Assembly (NCBI GenBank): GCA_049325595.1
Contig: JBMOLF010000015.1
Location: 187,238-251,237, forward strand
DNA from: Candidatus Babelota bacterium
Lineage (GTDB): Bacteria; Babelota; Babeliae; Babelales; Vermiphilaceae
Length of the DNA stretch: 64,000 bases
Direction of reading: 5' to 3'
The notes beneath the pieces were generated by a model. The model searched no databases. It saw only the letters and a list, made by a program, of their open reading frames with translations, and had not been told where the DNA came from. Position 1 is the first letter of the stretch. Every line of letters begins with the position of its first letter. Positions 59,669 through 64,000 of this stretch are shown one piece after another. The position numbers were made by a program, and so were the translations under genes.

Positions 59669-62250
59669 GCCTCAATTTTTTCTTTAATACGCCATACCAA
59701 ATCAAATGCTTGCTTAGGAGATAGTTGGTTATAATCAATTTCTTTAAATTGCTTAATAATTTCTTTAAGTTTCTCATTTTCCATATGTAATGATTCAAGA
59801 TCTTCTATTACTGCAGGATGATTGGTAAATGCGCGAGATTCGTTATCGTGCCCTACCGCAAGAGTATCTAATATAGCATAGGATCGCTGTACAATAGGTG
59901 AAGGTAAATGAGCTAATTTAGCTACCTCAATACCAAAACTACCATCAGCTATTCCTTTAATTATTTTATACAGAAAAACAATGCCGCGCTCTGTTTTTTT
60001 ACTTGCCGCATAATAACTGCTTATTCCAGTTAATGCTTCTTGAAGATGCGTAAGCTCGTGATAATGAGTTGCAAACAAACAACGAGCTTTTATCGTAGTG
60101 TGAATGTACTCTACCACCGCTTGAGCTATAGCAAGACCATCAAAGGTACTGGTACCCCTACCCACTTCATCCAGTATCACTAAACTACGCTCAGTAGCTT
60201 GTGTACAAATAGTAGCTGTTTCTTCCATTTCAACTAGGAAAGTACTTTTTCCTTGAGCTACATTATCTCCTGCTCCTATCCGGGTAAAAATTCTATCAAG
60301 AAGCGGCAAATGGGCAGACCGTGCCGGCACAAATGAACCAATTTGGGCCATAATAGAAATTAAGGCTACTTGTCGTAAATAGGTAGATTTACCACCCATG
60401 TTAGGTCCGGTAATAATCCACGTTGATTCGTTATCAGTAAGTTGTGTATCATTAGGAATAAAACGATGGGTCATACCATGTTCAACAGTTGGATGTCTTC
60501 CATCTTTGATAATAATATCTTTGTTATCATGCAAAAGCGGGCGAACATAACTATTATCTGAGGCAATTTGGCTAAGACCAACAAGAGCATCTAAGTAAGC
60601 AACTGCGTACGCAAATTTTCTTAACTCTGACAACTGTGAATAAACACTACGTTTTATCTGTTCAAATACCGCCTGTTCAACTAAGGCAATATCAGCTTTT
60701 GCGCGTATTATATCGTGTTGCAATTGTTGCAACTCGGCAGTCATGTAGCGTTCACGGCCTACCAGTGTTTGTTGGCGTATAAAATAATCTGGCACTAAAT
60801 CCATATTCGATTTAGTAATTTCTATGTAATAACCATGCACTTGGTTATAACGAATTTTAAGTGAAGAGATACCGGTCTTTTGTTGTTCTTTCAATTCAAG
60901 ATCAGCGATCTTTTGATTACCTGATTCAACCAATTCACGAATATCATCAAGTTGTTGATCATATCCTTTTTTGATTATCCATTCTTTAGTAATATCATCA
61001 TTTAACGATTCGCATAGCAATTTGCTTAACAAAGAAAATTCTTCAATTTGTCCTATTAACCCTGCAATTAGAGGAAGATGTGCCTGTTTTCTACTGAGCG
61101 ACACTAAAGATGGTATCATTTGTAAGGCTCGTAACAAAGATCGGTAATCTGTAAGTTGTGCACGCTTAAGTGCTATTCGACCAACTACTCGCTCTATATC
61201 GCCTATTTCTTGTAATATATCTTGAAGCAATGGGCGTTCTTGCGTCTGGCTACTAAAAACTCCAACAACATCATAGCGTTGCTCTATTGCCGTTTTATTA
61301 ACAAGAGGATGCATGATCCATTTTTTAATCATGCGCGAACCCATTGGTGTTACGGCACAATCGAGTACCTCAAATAAGGTATTTTTGCTGCTTCCATCGT
61401 GCGCATTTCGAACTAATTCTAAATTTCGTTGCGTTGCTGCATCTAAAATAAGAAAATCTTCAGGTTTATAAAGATGTAGGGAACTAAATTGCTCCAATGC
61501 TGCAGCTTGGGTCTTGTTCACATAGTCATAAAAATAACATAAGGCATTTTTAAGAGAATTATAGCCATCGATGTTCTTTTGCATACCAGCATTAAATTGG
61601 CGTGATATCCATTCTTGTGCGTGAGGTGTATCATTCGCATCAAGCTTACTTGTGTAATAACCTAATTGCTTAAAATAGGGCTCAAATGGCTCAGCTACTT
61701 TAGTATGAGGAATAATTATCTCGTCGGGGAAAAAACGGGCCAACTCTGCTTCTAACGTTTTTAATGCATCTGAAGGTATTACCGTTCCATAAAGCTGCGC
61801 TGTTAATAGTTCACCAAAAAGTAATCCCCAATAATCTGTTCCTGGAAAAAAAGAAAATAAATAAGAGGCCGACTTTTCTGAAAGCCATTTACTATCGGTT
61901 AAGGTTCCGGGTGTAAGAACTTGAGTTACGCCCCGTTCTACTACCTTACCTGGCTTGGGTTCTTCTAATTGATCAGCAATAGCAACTTTAAAACCACCTT
62001 TTACGAGTTTTGCAAGATAATGATCAACGGTATGAACAGGCACGCCGCAAAGCGGAATTGGTTCACCTTGTGATTTGCCCCGTTTAGTTAAAGTAATACC
62101 CAAAAAATGAGCCGCTTTTTTTGCATCGTCAAAAAACAACTCATAAAAATCGCCCACTTGGAAAAGAACTAATGCATCTTGATGATTTTTTTTAATCTCA
62201 AGATATTGTCGCATCAAAGGTGTAAGATCTGTTGTATTCATGACCGGCAA
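59665..62250 (-). CDS. mutS: DNA mismatch repair protein MutS
   Basis: TPLMRQY, GDFYELFF, ITGPNMGGKSTYLRQ, STFLVEM, DEVGRGTS, FATHYHEL. Confidence 0.97.
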   Translation of the reverse strand: MPVMNTTDLTPLMRQYLEIKKNHQDALVLFQVGDFYELFFDDAKKAAHFLGITLTKRGKSQGEPIPLCGVPVHTVDHYLAKLVKGGFKVAIADQLEEPKPGKVVERGVTQVLTPGTLTDSKWLSEKSASYLFSFFPGTDYWGLLFGELLTAQLYGTVIPSDALKTLEAELARFFPDEIIIPHTKVAEPFEPYFKQLGYYTSKLDANDTPHAQEWISRQFNAGMQKNIDGYNSLKNALCYFYDYVNKTQAAALEQFSSLHLYKPEDFLILDAATQRNLELVRNAHDGSSKNTLFEVLDCAVTPMGSRMIKKWIMHPLVNKTAIEQRYDVVGVFSSQTQERPLLQDILQEIGDIERVVGRIALKRAQLTDYRSLLRALQMIPSLVSLSRKQAHLPLIAGLIGQIEEFSLLSKLLCESLNDDITKEWIIKKGYDQQLDDIRELVESGNQKIADLELKEQQKTGISSLKIRYNQVHGYYIEITKSNMDLVPDYFIRQQTLVGRERYMTAELQQLQHDIIRAKADIALVEQAVFEQIKRSVYSQLSELRKFAYAVAYLDALVGLSQIASDNSYVRPLLHDNKDIIIKDGRHPTVEHGMTHRFIPNDTQLTDNESTWIITGPNMGGKSTYLRQVALISIMAQIGSFVPARSAHLPLLDRIFTRIGAGDNVAQGKSTFLVEMEETATICTQATERSLVILDEVGRGTSTFDGLAIAQAVVEYIHTTIKARCLFATHYHELTHLQEALTGISSYYAASKKTERGIVFLYKIIKGIADGSFGIEVAKLAHLPSPIVQRSYAILDTLAVGHDNESRAFTNHPAVIEDLESLHMENEKLKEIIKQFKEIDYNQLSPKQAFDLVWRIKEKIEA

Positions 62251-62339
62251 TCAATTAAGTTTTACACAATTAAACTGGAAAAATTAGTATAACAAGCTGA
62301 TAAAATTAGTCAGCTGTAAAATTCAAACAAGGAAGAAAA

Positions 62340-63038
62340 ATGCGCATTAAAATTAATTTATTATTACTGGTTATCTTTACTATTACAAATCCAAGCCAAA
62401 ATAAAACTATAACGGCAACTTTACCAGAAGAAGATGCAATACCTATAACAGAAGATTTAATGAATGAGCACGGCATTTTAAATCGTGTACTACTTATTTA
62501 TGATGAAATAATACGCAGAATCGACAATCAGAATGAATTTTCCACAACATCTTTACAAAATGCAATTACCATTATAAAAACTTTTATTGAAGATTATCAT
62601 GAAAAAATTGAAGAAACGTATATATTTCCTCTTTTTGAAAAACATAACAGAGAAACAAAACTCATAAAAACATTACGAACACAGCATCAAAAAGGCCGCG
62701 CTATAACCACACAATTACAAAAAAAATTATCTTCAAAAGACCCGCTTACCCAATCTCAAAAAAAACAAATCAGAAATCTATTGCATCAGTTTATTAAAAT
62801 GTATCGCCCCCATGAGGCACGTGAAGACACTGTAATATTTCCTCAAGTTCGGTCGTTGTTAAGCAAAAAAGAATTTGAAAAAATTAGCGAAATTTCTGAC
62901 GAACTTGAACACAAACTTTTTGGCCAGAATGGCTTTAATAATATAGTGCACAAAGTAGAACAAATAGAAAAAGAACTGGGGATTTATCAGCTAGATATAT
63001 TTACCCCTCAAATAAATTTCAATAAGCAAAAGGAATAA
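62340..63038 (+). CDS. Hemerythrin-domain protein
   Basis: LMNEHG, YHEKIEE..IFP, QHQKGR, HEAREDTVIFP. Confidence 0.85.
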   Translation: MRIKINLLLLVIFTITNPSQNKTITATLPEEDAIPITEDLMNEHGILNRVLLIYDEIIRRIDNQNEFSTTSLQNAITIIKTFIEDYHEKIEETYIFPLFEKHNRETKLIKTLRTQHQKGRAITTQLQKKLSSKDPLTQSQKKQIRNLLHQFIKMYRPHEAREDTVIFPQVRSLLSKKEFEKISEISDELEHKLFGQNGFNNIVHKVEQIEKELGIYQLDIFTPQINFNKQKE

Positions 63039-63040
63039 TA

Positions 63041-63562
63041 GTGAGCGCCATACCAAAAAACAGAAAAAAATTAATTTTCATGATTCATAAACATCAGGCG
63101 ACTCACCTACACTACGACTTACGCATTGAAATTGCCGGCACTTTAAAATCTTGGGCGCTTAAAGAGTTACCTTCAAAAAATAAGCCTGGCGTGCTGGCAA
63201 TTCAAGTGCCTGATCATCCCTTTTGGTATCGCCATTTTGAAGGCGTTATTCCTGAAGGAGAATATGGTGCAGGTCCGGTTATGGTTTGGGAAAAGGGTTT
63301 ATACACCAATTTAACTATAGATGCTAAACGCAAAAAAATTCCTATAGAACAATGTCTTGAGAAAGGATTTTTATTGTTGCATCTGGAAGGATATAAATTA
63401 AACGGCACCTATGCCTTAGTAAGAATCAGCAAAAAACAACGATGGATTTTTACGCAACTGACCAATCATTCAGATTCTAAAAAAAAATCCCAACCGTGGA
63501 ATCGCTCTGTTAAAAGCAACAAAACATTGGGACAAATTTTTAACAAGAAAAAATTAATTTAG
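63041..63562 (+). CDS. Stand-alone LigD 3'-phosphoesterase domain protein
   Basis: HKHQATHLHYDLRIE, LKSWA, DHP..Y..FEGVIPEGEYGAG.V.VWE.G. Confidence 0.9.
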   Translation: MSAIPKNRKKLIFMIHKHQATHLHYDLRIEIAGTLKSWALKELPSKNKPGVLAIQVPDHPFWYRHFEGVIPEGEYGAGPVMVWEKGLYTNLTIDAKRKKIPIEQCLEKGFLLLHLEGYKLNGTYALVRISKKQRWIFTQLTNHSDSKKKSQPWNRSVKSNKTLGQIFNKKKLI

Positions 63563-63667
63563 TTTGCGCGTCTTTACAAATTATGCTAGTTTTGCTCTCC
63601 GAAAATTAATAAAAACGCTATTAATTCATTTACGCATATTTTTTCTCAAAAAGGAGAGCACTACTAC

Positions 63668-64000
63668 ATGTTAATTTTCTGCATTTTTTTTCTTTTTGGT
63701 CTGCAAAATATTTATGGAATGGGTTTCTCTCCTTTGGATCCCATCAACATTGCTCATTTTAATACTAATCTAGATTCACCGCATTTTACAAAAACTTATT
63801 TTACAGATCTTACTTCACAACGTCTTGGCAACATGTTGCCAATTGCTCATCCCGTTATTTCTTTTTTAATAAGCGAATCGTTTGCAACAGCAAATCCATT
63901 ACTCACCCAAACACTGGTAGCCTTGCGCCGTGAATATGCCACCGCTGCATTTGCAAAATCGTCTCATGGTTTTTCATTAGTTGAAAATTATTGGGCAAGC
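63668..64000 (+). CDS. Secreted hypothetical protein, 5' part (runs off window)
   Basis: AAGGAG RBS; MLIFCIFFLFGLQNIYG-MGFSPLDP..., open to the window end. Confidence 0.65.
   Translation, partial: MLIFCIFFLFGLQNIYGMGFSPLDPINIAHFNTNLDSPHFTKTYFTDLTSQRLGNMLPIAHPVISFLISESFATANPLLTQTLVALRREYATAAFAKSSHGFSLVENYWAS

Noticed and set aside
63041..63562. NHEJ system
   Set aside because: Only the phosphoesterase domain is present, with no Ku or ligase in the window; stand-alone PE proteins are known.

Overview
AT-rich bacterial chromosome segment. Gene content and style suggest a reduced-genome intracellular parasite of protists, most likely Candidatus Dependentiae/Babelota (TM6); this placement is inference. 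Housekeeping genes (ileS, murD, ftsW, thyX, pepA, trxB, rpiB, lolC/E-like, pgk, dnaA, lemA, tlyA, alpha2-type glyQS, kup, rplU, mutS) and two tRNA-Arg genes are interspersed with many signal-peptide orphans that look like host-directed effectors: F-box-like proteins (one with a bipartite NLS), a multi-C2H2 zinc-finger protein, an atypical kinase and a Cys-tailed protein. Four things stand out. (1) A ~230-bp GC-rich, nested-hairpin element is fused exactly to the CCA end of both tRNA-Arg genes. (2) A protease-dead FtsH-like AAA ATPase and a truncated AAA paralog face a 1187-aa beta-rich/coiled-coil exported protein, a possible export machine. (3) Many predicted mature proteins begin Met-Glu/Met-Asp/Ser-Glu after the signal peptide. 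(4) An orphan gene has a hidden -1 frameshifted extension. No rRNA, CRISPR array, integrase or transposase was seen. All protein assignments come from motif reading by eye; no searches were run.
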